From positions 1-41,918 of the forward strand of contig NW_021832292.1 in assembly GCF_006345805.1 (NCBI RefSeq): 41,918 nucleotides of DNA, read 5' to 3'. This stretch comes from Octopus sinensis (lineage: Eukaryota). Position numbers and translations under genes: made by a program. Of this stretch, positions 11,279 through 22,788 are shown one piece after another (positions within the stretch are counted from its first letter, which is position 1; each line of letters begins with the position of its first letter). The notes beneath the pieces are model-generated. The model worked only from the letters and a program-made list of their open reading frames with translations, searched no databases and had not been told where the DNA came from.

Positions 11279-11346
11279 AGTAGTAGTAGTAGTAGTAGTA
11301 ATAATAATAATAACAATAAACAATAATAATAATAAGAATAATAATA

Positions 11347-11383
<37 letters not shown>

Positions 11384-11384
<1 letters not shown>

Positions 11385-11988
11385 TCCAAGACACAGACAG
11401 AGAGTTGGGACCTATATACACTGGAAACTATGCCAACATAATGGAATAACAACAGAAAAAAGATGGTATAGGCACACACCAGAATAGGTCACAGAAAACG
11501 AGAAAGCAACCATACTCTGGGATATGTCAATACACACAGATAGAGAAATTAAGGCAAAACCAGGCCAGATATAGTTGTGAAAGATCATGAAGAAAAAAAT
11601 GTTTTCTAATTGATGTATCAATACCAGCAGATGACAACGTGTCTCTAAAAGAAATGGAGAAACTTTCAAAATACAAAGACCTGGAAATAGAGGTACCAGA
11701 ATGTGGAATCTAAAGCAGAAACAATTCCTATCATAATAGGTGCATAGGCATGATAAAAAAATATTCAGACAAATACATAACAAAAACACCAGACTTACAA
11801 ACACATATACAAAGAAAATTGCACTACTAGGCACTGCACACATCCTACGCAGAACACTTTCCATACAATACCATCAAGCATCACAACAAACCACAGCACA
11901 TACCCAAGGCCACAGAGCCGCGCTCGGTAGTGAAGTGAAAGCACGATATAAAAATATACTACTGAATAATAGAATCATAATAAAAATG
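11384..11988 (+). mobile_element. 5'-truncated R4/Dong-type LINE (endonuclease domain plus 3' UTR) between (TAA)n arrays
   Basis: RHDRVGTYIHWKLC, WYRHTPE, TILWDMSIHTDREIKA-RPDIVVKD, FLIDVSIP, KYKDLEIE and ALLGTAHILRRTLS; (TAA)n at about 11297-11383 and 11989-12025. Confidence 0.9.
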
Positions 11989-12025
11989 ATAATAATAATA
12001 TAATAATAATAATAATAATAATAAT

Positions 12026-13845
12026 AGAGGTACTAAGGATCAACCCCTGATAGACAAAACTGTACTTAGGGACAGCAAGAGGAGGAAAAGTAACTTAGCT
12101 ATATCATGGATCGACTATCGTAAGGCGTACGGTATGATCCCACATTCTTGGATTATGGAGTGTATGAACCTATTTGGTATTGCATCGAATGTTGAGCGAT
12201 TGTTTGGAAAAAGTGTGGCAAATTTGATGATGGACCTGACAGCATACGGAAGAAGTTTAGGGACAGTCGAAATTAGGAGGGGCATCTTCCAAGAGGACTG
12301 ACTTTCCCCACTAATCTTTGTGCTGTACTTGATACCACTGATACTGTTTCTGAGAGAAAGCAAAAGCTGGGTGTGTATTCAAAAGACACGAACAAAAAGT
12401 CAGCCATTTGTTATTCATGGATGACCTCAAACCTTATGGTAAAGATGAAGCCCAAGTCAGGTCCCACGTTGACACGGTGTATATCTTCTGTGCTGATAAC
12501 AGAATGGAGTCCGGACTGAGAAAGTGTGGTGTGTTAGTATTGGAGAGAGACAAAATGTATGGGCGGGGTAAAGATACCGTCGGTGGAGTTATGACGCAGA
12601 TAGAAGAGATGAGCTATAAGTACTTGGGGATTTTGGAAATTGATAAATTGATGGAGAAAGAAATGAGAGAACAATTTAAGGTGGAGTACGTGTGTAGACT
12701 GAGACTGATACTCAAGTCGAAATCAAATGGACGGAATAAAATTGAAGCGATCAACACCCGGGCGGTTTCACGCATAAGATATGGAGCAGGGATAATTGCA
12801 TGGACAGTAGACGAACTAAACAGCTTAGACAGAAAGACAAGAAAGTTGCTAACTAGATATGGGTCACTCCACCCAAAAGGTGACACAGACGGACTGTATG
12901 TACCAAGAAAAAGAGGGGGAAGAGGACTTATTGGATGCGAACACAGCATTAGAGCAGAAAAAAACAACATAGCATAGTATGTAAAAAATTCCACACAACC
13001 GCTATTACTAGAAGTAAGAAGGTCAGGCTTGTGTAGGTTGAAAGATTGCAAAGATAAAGCACTATACAAGAGATTGTAAACGAATGAAACAGAAAATAGG
13101 TGGGTAAAGAAAAGAATGCATGGTAAATTTCATAGGGATGTTGAAGATAAGATAGTCAGAGAAAAAAGATGGCTGTGGGTGACTAAAAGTGATTTAAAAC
13201 CGGAAACGGAGGTTCTAATCTGTGCTGCCCAAGAGCAAGCACTAAGAACAAACTACATAAAATACAAAATAGAATATAAGAGACGCCACGACAATATAGC
13301 CAGGCTTGTCCATTGGACAATTTGCAACAAGTATGGACTTGATAGATCAAAAAATTGGTACGATGACAAACCTGAAGGCATCGTCGAAAACAAAAATGCA
13401 AAGATCCTATGGGATTTTATGATTCAGTGCAACCATGAGATAGAGAATAGTAAGCCGGACATCGTCTTAATTGAGAAAAAAACAAACTATACTGAATCAC
13501 AGATATAGCATGCCCAGCTGACAGTAAGGTATGCGATGAGGAAGAAAGACAAGTTGAGAGATATGACAGGTTAGCTTGGGAAGTTAAGCAGTTGTGGTTG
13601 ATGAAAAAGGTAGCAGTAGTACCAATAATTGTCGGCGCCCTGGGAAAAGTGAGCAAAACTCTCGAGAAGTACATGGAACAAATAGGGGCTGCAATAAGGG
13701 TGGAGCACTTGCAGATAACAGCACTGCTTGGAACCGCTCGAATATTCCGGATGGTGCTCTAGAAATAAGAGGTGTTACCTTAGTTCACTGGTAGTGAGCA
13801 GCTGACACTGTAGTACATCTCCAGCGTTAGAAGCTGTGCATATGC
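12026..13845 (+). mobile_element. 5'-truncated R4/Dong-type LINE (RT, thumb, endonuclease, 3' UTR), pseudogenised
   Basis: RGTKDQ-LID, WIDYRKAYGMIPHSW, RRGIFQED*LSPLIF, HLLFMDDLK, YKYLGILE, LKPETEVLICAAQEQALRTNYIK, YKRRHD, KILWDF, KPDIVLI and LLGTARIFRMVL* (stop 13760-13762); includes ORFs 12408-12977 and 13116-13508; followed by (TAA)n 13846-13891. Confidence 0.92.
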
Positions 13846-13849
13846 AATA

Positions 13850-13891
<42 letters not shown>

Positions 13892-13892
<1 letters not shown>

Positions 13893-14030
13893 CACAGGAG
13901 TATTTTAAGAAACTTGTAGATACTTAAGGTTACAGGTAATCCGCCACCCACATGAACTCTACTAGGAATAAGATCGAACCTGGACCAAACCAAAACCATA
14001 ATAGGTTCCAGGCAGTGGCAGTCATGGTTT
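13892..14030 (+). mobile_element. Possible very short 3' end of a further R4-type LINE
   Basis: Unique segment starting directly after (TAA)n that resembles an end-of-ORF/3' UTR piece; no diagnostic motif. Confidence 0.25.
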
Positions 14031-14039
14031 TCGGTGGTA

Positions 14040-14116
14040 TTTGAACGTAAAGAGCCGGAAGAAATACAGCCGAGTGCTTCTGTCCGGCATGCTAACTATT
14101 CTGCCAGTTCAGCTCC

Positions 14117-14117
<1 letters not shown>
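14040..14117 (-). mobile_element. SINE family B, 5' fragment
   Basis: Reverse complement GGAGCTGAACTGGCAGAATAGTTAGCATGCCGGAC matches the B head. Confidence 0.6.
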
Positions 14118-14158
<41 letters not shown>

Positions 14159-14180
14159 GTAATAATAATAATAATAATAA

Positions 14181-14214
<34 letters not shown>

Positions 14215-14371
14215 CTATTTTTAGATATAATTTTTTGTCTGCGTTCTTTTATTTTTTATTACATTACACTCCTTACTTGGAAGGGATGTTGACGAAGTAG
14301 GGGAAACCTTGGAAATATTTTTATTTATTGTGTGGCCTCATCGTATAATCATCCCCTCTGCATATAATATA

Positions 14372-14522
14372 AGGCTGTGTGGTAAGAAATTTGCTTCCCA
14401 GCCACATGGTTCCGGGTTCAGTCCTGCTGCGTAGCAATTTAGGCAAATGTCTTGTACTATAACCTCTGGCCAACGTAAGCCTTGTGAGTGGATTTGGTGG
14501 ACGGAAACTGAAAGAGACCTAT

Positions 14523-14566
<44 letters not shown>

Positions 14567-14750
14567 ATACACCCTACCAGTATTTATGTGTTTACGGTTC
14601 CGTAACTTAATGGTTCGGCCAAAGAGAGCGATAGGTTCCAGGTTTACAAAAAGAAAAAAAAATTAAGTACTGGGGCAAGAATTCTCCAACACACTGCACC
14701 AGCATGGCCGCACCCAAATGACTTGAACAAATAAAAGATTAAATAAAAGA
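14372..14750 (+). mobile_element. SINE family A (tRNA head, CORE-like segment, internal microsatellite, tail)
   Basis: GGCTGTGTGG A box, GGTTCAGTCC B box, GCCTTGTGAGTGGATTTGG, (TA)n, then tail ending CAGCATGGCCGC...ATAAAAGA. Confidence 0.85.
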
Positions 14751-15507
14751 CAGGGGGGTGGGAAATCTACGAAACCTTGTGTATTATTTTATGCAAATGT
14801 TTTAATATTATCTTCTATTCCTAAGACAAGTGAGGGTAACGGATAGGGTTGGGGCTTGGTTATTATTATACTTACTGTTCTAACAAACAAATATAATTGA
14901 TTAGGTTTTTTTCTATTTAAAATAAAATACAAAAAAAAAATAAAGGACTGGATGATATTCAACAAAGACACCAGGCACCACCGCATAAAACAAATGAAGT
15001 AACAGTTGCCAAATTTGTAAATCCCTTAAACTTACCAACCACACTTTCCAGCAAAAAAAGTAATTGAGTAAATAAAAAAATATATAAATAAATAAAATAT
15101 AGAAAATAGAAAATAAATAAAATGATCATGTAAGGCGAGGTATTGGTGGTAGAAGAGTTGGGGAACGGGACAGCACTGATGTCTTCACTCTTTAATTCAC
15201 AAGGTCTAAATTAAAAGTTCTTTGAGCAAACAAGAGAGTCTTTAAAGGGTCATTCGAATTGTTTGGAATAGTGGGTCTGTCTCTCCCTCAAATCACATCC
15301 ATAAAAGGAAGGACACATTAGAGAATGTTGAGCTACATACAAACGCACATTGTTGTTATAATTTCTAAAATTCGAGGCAACGTGAAATAATTCTGGTTTT
15401 CGAACGGTGGGTACGAAAATCATATACACACACACATACACATGAATGCACGCATACATGCACACGCAAATATGCATATTCACATATGTGTGTGTGTGTG
15501 TGTATAT

Positions 15508-15538
<31 letters not shown>

Positions 15539-15547
15539 CATACATAT

Positions 15548-15976
15548 ACTCTCTTTACTCTTTTGCTTGTTTCAGTCATTTGATTGCGGCCATGCTGGAG
15601 CACCACCTTTAGTCGAGAAAATCGACCCCAGCACTTATTCTTTGTAAGCCTAGTACTTATTCTATCGGTCTCTTTTGCCGAACCGCTAAGTTACGGGGAT
15701 GTAAACACACCACTATCGGTTGTCAGGCGATGTTGTGGGGTAACAGACACAAACATATACACACACAAGCACACACACACATAAACACACACACATATAT
15801 ATAATTATATACAAAGGGTTTCTTTCAGTTTCCATCTACCAAATCCATATACAAAACTTTGGTCGGCCCGAAGCTATAGTAGAAGACACTTGCCCAAGGT
15901 GCCAAGCAGTGAGAATGAACCTAGAACCATGTGGTTGGTAAGTAAGCTACTTACCATACACCCACTCCTGCGCCTA
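15548..15976 (-). mobile_element. SINE family A, full length
   Basis: Reverse complement starts TAGGCGCAGGAGTGGGTGTATGGTAAGTAGC, contains GCACCTTGGGCAAGTGTCTTCTACT (CORE-like) and ends GTAAAGAGAGTA. Confidence 0.9.
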
Positions 15977-15995
15977 TATACATCATATACGTATG

Positions 15996-16075
<80 letters not shown>

Positions 16076-16244
16076 TATATATATATATGTATGTATGTGT
16101 GTGTGTGTGTGTGTGTATGTATTCATGTACACACACACACCTTGTAGTCGCTGAATATTTCGGGCTATAAGATTCACTTTCATGCACGAAACCACATAAC
16201 TTAATAATCTTTTAAAACTTATTATAATTTCTGTTTGGTAGTAA

Positions 16245-16815
16245 TCATCTATTGTCCTAGCCCTATTTCATTCTTTTAGAACTCTTCAGCATGATTAAAA
16301 CTCTATCTTATTAATTACAATGAGAGGGGGAAAGAGTGGGGGAGGGAGAGAAAGAGATTTCATTAACATTAAAGATGGAAATATTTCATTGACTACTGTT
16401 TCATCAACAAGTATTCAAATCAAACGAGACAGCTTTAACTGCAATTAGATTCTTTGTTCTGTACTATTTCACCTTTTTTTTTATAGAAATCTTCACCATG
16501 ATTTAACCTATAACTTATCGATTAGATATATTACGGAGAGAGACGTTTCAGTAAATTTTAAAACAAAATAAATTCCTTGTCGACTGTTTCAGCTACAAGT
16601 ATCTGAATCAAACGAGGTAGCTTCAACCACAAGTAGATTCTTTGTCCTGCACTATTTCTCCCTTTTTAGAAATTTTCAGCATGATTAAAATTATACCTTA
16701 TCTCTTATATTATAAAGTGAGACTTTTCAGTAAAATTTAACTCCTGATTTAGTTACAAGTATTTTAATCAAACGAGACAGCTTCAGCCGTAATTCGATCC
16801 TCTGTCCTGCATTTC
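16245..16815. repeat. Degenerate tandem repeat, about 3.5 units of 160-200 bp
   Basis: AATCAAACGAG at 16418, 16606 and 16766; CTATTTC...TTTAG(A)...TTCA-CATGATT at 16263, 16464 and 16652. Confidence 0.85.
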
Positions 16816-17455
16816 AGCGACACGGACTGAGTGAAAGAATCAAGGGAAAACAGTTCTAACAGCGCATTGAACAACTGTTTTTGACTCTTAAATTTTGCTT
16901 CTTTACGAACATATGACCATTCTACAGCACAATCAAATCTCTGTGACAGCGAGGTATAGCAGACAAAAAGATAAAAATATAGGAGAAAGAAAAAAATGAT
17001 GAAATGAAAAGAAATAGCAAAACACCAAGATAAAATAAAATAAAAAATCTACAAAGAATCAAAACGAAAGAATAAAAAGATTGAAGGTATATAGTATGAT
17101 TATTATAAAAAGAAGAATAGGTTTTCACTCATAGCTTGTTGTACCATTGCACTGACAGGAAAAGAAAGAGAAGACACGGAGAAGATTGCAAGGATCAATG
17201 TTTATTTAGAATCATTGTTACTGACTTATTATTGCTTGGTAAGTCTGCATTGGACAGGAAGAGAATACGGAGAGATAGAGGTATCTTAGAAGAGGGAGGT
17301 AAGTGCAGATCGTAGGTAGGAAGTTTGGCTTTTAAAATTTTTTTCTTTATTCTGTTCTTTCTTTTTTTAGTATATGAGTGTATGGTTAAGGGCTGGGTGA
17401 GCTTAGGAAGCTCGAGCGAGAAAGATGGAGAAATGGTGAGATGGGAGAGATAGTG

Positions 17456-17488
<33 letters not shown>

Positions 17489-17549
17489 CGATACGGAAGG
17501 TTTTTTTGATACAAATAGAGATAGTACTATATGAGGTAAAATAAGACAG

Positions 17550-17608
17550 TTAATTTATATGTATTCAGGTTTTAACAAATAAATGATATACATTGGAAAT
17601 TGATATAT

Positions 17609-17651
<43 letters not shown>

Positions 17652-18003
17652 TTTATATGTATATATATATACGAATTTATATATATAATATATGAATTTG
17701 TATATATATATATACATAAATTCATATATATATATAATATTATATATAATATAGATATATACTGTAGATAGTATAACATATATGTATATATATACATAAT
17801 CCATATATATACAATATATATATAATGTATAATATACATATATATATACATAATTCATATATATATATATATGCATATACTTATACATATATATATGTAT
17901 ATATACATATATATATATATACTATACATATATAACCATATATATCAATATCTCTCTCTATATATATATGTACGTATATAATACATATAATACATATAAT
18001 ATA

Positions 18004-18048
<45 letters not shown>

Positions 18049-18600
18049 CACGTATATATTCATATGTATATGGTTTGTGTGTGTAACAATCATAATCTAT
18101 TCATTCAGAAGATTGTTTCTGTCTCTCTTTTTCTCTCTCTAACACTCTGTCACTATCTCTTACTCTCTCTCTCTCTCTATCTCTCACGCGTTCTCTCACT
18201 CTCTACCACTGCTTTGCTCCTTTTTTTTTTGCTTCTCTCTCTTTCTCTCTCGCCCTTTCTCCCTCTTTTCCGATGTCATTGGTGTTATTCCCTTCTATCT
18301 GACTGAAAGAAAGATGGACAAGATTTAACAATAGGAAAACACCGAAGACGTGCGCCATCTTTACTGCGGCACACACACACCACACACACACACAAACACA
18401 CACACACACACGCAAACACACACACACACAAACACACACACAAACACAAACACACACACAAACACACACACACACACCACACACACAAACACACACACAA
18501 ACACAACAGCAAATACACCACACGCACACACACACACACACACATTTACAGCAAAATCAACACAAACAATTACAGAGCAAACAACTACATAATACTATAT
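17550..18600. repeat. Compound (TA)n, (CT)n and (CA)n microsatellite region
   Basis: Direct reading; a short unique island at about 18270-18370 interrupts it. Confidence 0.9.
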
Positions 18601-18653
18601 ACATTATATATATGTAATATCTATATAATATAGATGTATATATATATGTATAT

Positions 18654-18685
<32 letters not shown>

Positions 18686-19650
18686 AAATATTATTTGAGA
18701 CAAAACCACTATTTTGCAAAACATATATATATATATATATTATATATTATATTATATATACATATACATATACCAGAAGAGAGAGGGAAGGTGAGAGGAA
18801 AAGAGACAAAGAGACAGAGAGAGAGAGAGAGTATACATTATACAGTTCAGATATAAGTAAAACCAGATGTATCATAGATTACTTTGGTATAGCTATTGTA
18901 TAAATCTAGAATATTGTAGTATAGAGGTGGAACAAACAAAAATACACACACACACAACATACACACAGATGTAAGTGTGTATGTGTATGTGTGTGTGTAT
19001 GTGTATGTGTATTACTTTATAAGAAAGCCCCCCCCCCTCCCGAATTCGGAGTTATACATACAAATAATAAGAAATATCGATAGAAAGAAATTGTCGAATG
19101 CCAAATGTTTACAAACGAACAAATAGTGTGGTAGAGAGAAAAAATGATTCAGAAATTGCACCAGAAAAGATTTATTTTAGGTTGTCATGTATTATTATAA
19201 GCATATAAAAGAAGCTGAGGCGATTAAAGTATGATAACAGAGAGAAAGTGAGAGAGAGAGGGGGGGAGGAAGAGTGAGGACAGAGGTGGGGGGGAGTAGA
19301 TTAATCATATTTTGTATGTATGTGTGTAGTTATTTCTTTCGTTATTTTACTCTTTGTACTTTCGACACTTCACACATACATGTGTGTACGAATGTGTGTG
19401 TATAATGCATATATATGCATGGTTTCTTGTATATATGTGTTTGTATATAAGTATGTATGTATGTATGTATGTATGTATGTATGTATGTATGTATGTATGT
19501 AGTATATACATATAAATATATATAGAAAGATAGAAAAGCTATACATATGTCAATAAATGTTTGTATGTATGTGTGAATATATATATATATATATATATTA
19601 TATAGAATATATATATATATATATAGATAGATAGATAGATAGATAGATAA

Positions 19651-19708
<58 letters not shown>

Positions 19709-19724
19709 AAGGTGTGCACAGATA

Positions 19725-19942
19725 TATAGTCGAGTAGTGATGGAGGTTCGTTTTTCATGGGTCCGCAAATGAGATTGAAACCCAGCAAAAGAAAGGCGTG
19801 GTGTGTCACAAAATGTGCACACAAAAAGGTCACTGAGTTTCACCATCTCGCACCATACACTCTTGAACACTGCATGTGTTATCCTGACCTCCTCAAACGC
19901 TTTCACTCCACTCCAGATTTTTGTTCACCATCCACCTGTCTC
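19725..19942 (-). mobile_element. RTE-clade LINE extreme 3' end with a C2H2-type finger
   Basis: GVKAFEEVRITHA...FVCTFCDTPRLSFAGFQSHLRTHEK (C-x2-C-x12-H-x3-H); context resembles RTE ORF C-termini. Confidence 0.65.
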
Positions 19943-19950
19943 TATATATA

Positions 19951-20345
19951 TAGGGGCAAGCCTAGCTGTGTGGTAAGAAGCTTACTTCACGACCACATAA
20001 TTCAAGGTTCATTCCCACTGTGTTGCACCTTGGGTAAGTGTCTTCTACTATAGCCTCGGGCTGTAATAAGAGACCATAGTAAGACCAAAGCCTTGTGAGT
20101 GTATTTGGTAGACGGTAAATGAAACAATCTCGTCCCCCCCCACACATGTATATATTTGTGTGTTTGAGTCTGTGTTTGACAACCGTTGCTGGTGTGTTTC
20201 TGCCCCTGTAACTTAGAGGTTCAGTAAAAGTGACTGATAGAGTAAGTGCTAGGCTTCGCAAAGAATAAGTCTTCGAGTAAAACCCTTTTAGGCGGTGCTC
20301 CAGCATGTCCGCTGTCAAATGAATGAACCTAGTAAAAGAATAAAT
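19951..20345 (+). mobile_element. SINE family A
   Basis: Head, CORE-like GCACCTTGGGTAAGTGTCTTCTACTATAGCCTCGGGC and tail GGCGGTGCTCCAGCATG. Confidence 0.85.
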
Positions 20346-20381
20346 AAATAGATAGATAAACACACATACACACATTATATA

Positions 20382-21600
20382 TTAGGTCGGCAACTAAGTT
20401 CCCACCGTTTTTTAAAATAAATTTTTTTTAAAGATTTGGTAAAAAATAACAACTAATTAATGAATAATGTATTCACCCTTCTTGTTTACAACTTCTTCCC
20501 AATGTTCAACAAGATTTTCAATACCCCGTTGGTAGAAATCACCCGAACTCGACTCGAAAAATTGATCCAACCAAGCTGACTATGTATCAGTATTGATACA
20601 TAGTCTGTATTGAACGAAACTCCGCGCATAGCATTTGAAAGAGATCGAAAGAAGTGGAAATCCACTGGTGTCAAATCAGGAGAGTACGTCGGGTGTGGCA
20701 GCACTTCCCAGCTATGCGTTTGAATGGCTTCCTTGGTCATATTAGCGATATGCGGGTGGACGTTGTCGTACAGCAGAACTCCATGCTGCCGACTAGGTAT
20801 TTTCTCTTGAATAGCCATGTTGAGTCGTTCCATCTGTTGAACTTAGAGTTCCGCGTTGACCGTTTGGTTCCGTTCAAGCAATTCGTAATGGATAATCCCT
20901 TCCCAGTCCCACCATATGCACAACATCGTTTTACGCGGATGAAGATCTTGTTTCACGCTTGTTTACCGGTGCTAAGCCATTCCTTACGCTGCTTCATATT
21001 GATGTACAGGTACCATTTTTCGTCGCCAATAACGATTCGCTAAAGAAATCGTTGCTTGTGTCCATGAGTTGAGCGGTGACGAGCAAGCAAACCAGTAGAG
21101 AGTGTGGCTCGTTGATTTTTATTGTTTTCACTTAAAGCATGCGGAATCCATACCGCAGAACATTTCCCATCGAGGGAAAATACTTCTCTATAGCTGTGTG
21201 GGGGCATTCTGTATTTTCTACCAGTTCCTTTGTTGTTTGACAAGAACTTTCGTGCAAAAGTTGGTTTAATCGCTCTTCATCGAACTCAACTGGACGGCCA
21301 GAACGAGATGTGTATTTGAAGTCAAAAATTTCCATTTTTGAACCTGGCATACCAATCAAGAGTGGCTCTTTCATCTATGGCACCATCTCCACACACAGCA
21401 CAAATGTCGCGTGCAGGTTTTGCGGCCTTAGAACCTTGATTAAAAGCAAAAAGGTGCCGAAGAGGCTCGTTTTTTTTTTAACTTGACATTCCATATTAAT
21501 GCTCTGAAAATAAACAAAAATTAACAAAAATTAACCAGAAAAGAAAAAACAAAAAAAAAAAACAAAAAAGATTCCAAAATGATTCAAAAATAGATTTCTC
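20382..21600 (-). mobile_element. Mariner transposon (one TIR visible), decayed
   Basis: TIR-like TTAGGTCGGCAACTAAGTTCCC at 20382 next to TA; the other end is replaced by a SINE at 21621. Confidence 0.85.
20458..21494 (-). pseudogene. Mariner transposase pseudogene (D,D34D type)
   Basis: MECQVKKNE..., RSGRPVEFDEERL, VWIPHALSE, IVIGDEKW, YDNVHPH and HPTYSPDLTPVDFHFFRSL; frameshifted across ORFs 21132-21374, 21040-21243 and 20486-20833. Confidence 0.92.
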
Positions 21601-21620
21601 AAAAAAAAAAAAAAAAGATT

Positions 21621-21782
21621 GGCGCAGGCGCATTTGTGTGCTAAGATGTTTGTTTCTCAATCACGTGGCTCCCGATTCAGTTTCATTGCGTAGCACCATA
21701 GTGTCTTCTACTAAAACCTCGAGTCGGCCAAAGCCTTGCAAGTGGAGATGGTAGGTAGTTGGAAATTGAAAAAAGCTCGTAG

Positions 21783-21819
<37 letters not shown>

Positions 21820-22058
21820 TATATATATATATTATATATATATAATATATGTATGTATGTATGTATGATGTATGTATATGTGTTTGGTGTTTGTGTGTGT
21901 GCGTCTTTGTGTCTGTGTTGCCCACCATCAGTGCTTGACATCTGGTTTTTGGTTTATTTATGTGGCCAAAACTTAAAGGTTATGCAAAAGAAAACGATAG
22001 AATAAGTACCAGGCCTAACAGAAAAAGATGTTCTGTGGTCGATTCATTCAACTAGAAC
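21621..22058 (+). mobile_element. SINE family A, diverged copy
   Basis: GGCGCAGGCG head, GTGTCTTCTACT, CCAAAGCCTTG, internal (TA)/(TATG) tract, CGATAGAATAAGTACCAGG. Confidence 0.75.
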
Positions 22059-22192
22059 ATACGCATACACATATATAAATATATAAATATATATAAATAG
22101 CGGCCTACGTACATTTTGTTCTCTTAAATACATAATACATACATACATACATACATGCATACATACATACAGGCAGATAGACAGACATATAT

Positions 22193-22231
<39 letters not shown>

Positions 22232-22234
<3 letters not shown>

Positions 22235-22397
22235 CTGTCTTGACAACCAGTGTTGGTGTGTTTATGTTCTTGCAACTTAACGTTTCGGCCAAAGAGACCG
22301 TTGCAATAAGACCTGGGGTCGATTTGTTCGACTAAAACATTTAAGGCGGTGCCTCTGCATGGCCGCAGTCAAGTGACTGAAACAAATAAAAAGATAA
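22232..22397 (+). mobile_element. SINE family A tail only
   Basis: TTGACAACC...GGGGTCGATTTGTTCGACTAAA...GCATGGCCGCAGTCAAGTGACTGAAAC after (GT)n. Confidence 0.75.
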
Positions 22398-22559
22398 AAC
22401 TGTGTGTGTGTGTGTGTGTGTGAGAGTGTGTGCGTGTGTGTGTGCGTGTGTGTGCGCGTGTGTGCGCGCGCGTGCGTTCGTATGTTTTGAGGGATATATA
22501 TTCATCCGGGCGGATACTGTGGTGGCTCTCAGTTATGTTACAGTTTATATATATATATA

Positions 22560-22788
22560 TTTCTTTACTACCCACAAAGGGCTAAACACAGAAGGGACAA
22601 ACAAGGACAGACAAACGGATTAAGTCGATTACATCGACCCCAGTGTGTAACTGGTACTTAATTTATCGACCCCGAAAGGATGAAAGGCAAAGTCGACCTC
22701 GGCGGAATTTGAACTCAGAACACAGCGGCAGACGAAATACCGTAAAGCATTTCGCCCAGCATGCTAATATTTCTGCCATCTCGCCGCC
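22560..22788 (-). mobile_element. SINE family B, full length
   Basis: Co-linear with 32022-32251 in reverse; contains GTCGACTTTGCCTTTCATCCTTTCGGGGTCGATAAATTAAGTACCAG. Confidence 0.9.

Noticed and set aside
16245-16815. CRISPR-like repeat-spacer array
   Set aside because: Whole units are homologous (no unique spacers), repeats are long and degenerate, the context is eukaryotic and there are no cas genes.
19598-19906. Host C2H2 zinc-finger gene
   Set aside because: Single finger, no TGEKP linker, and the upstream peptide fits an RTE C-terminus.
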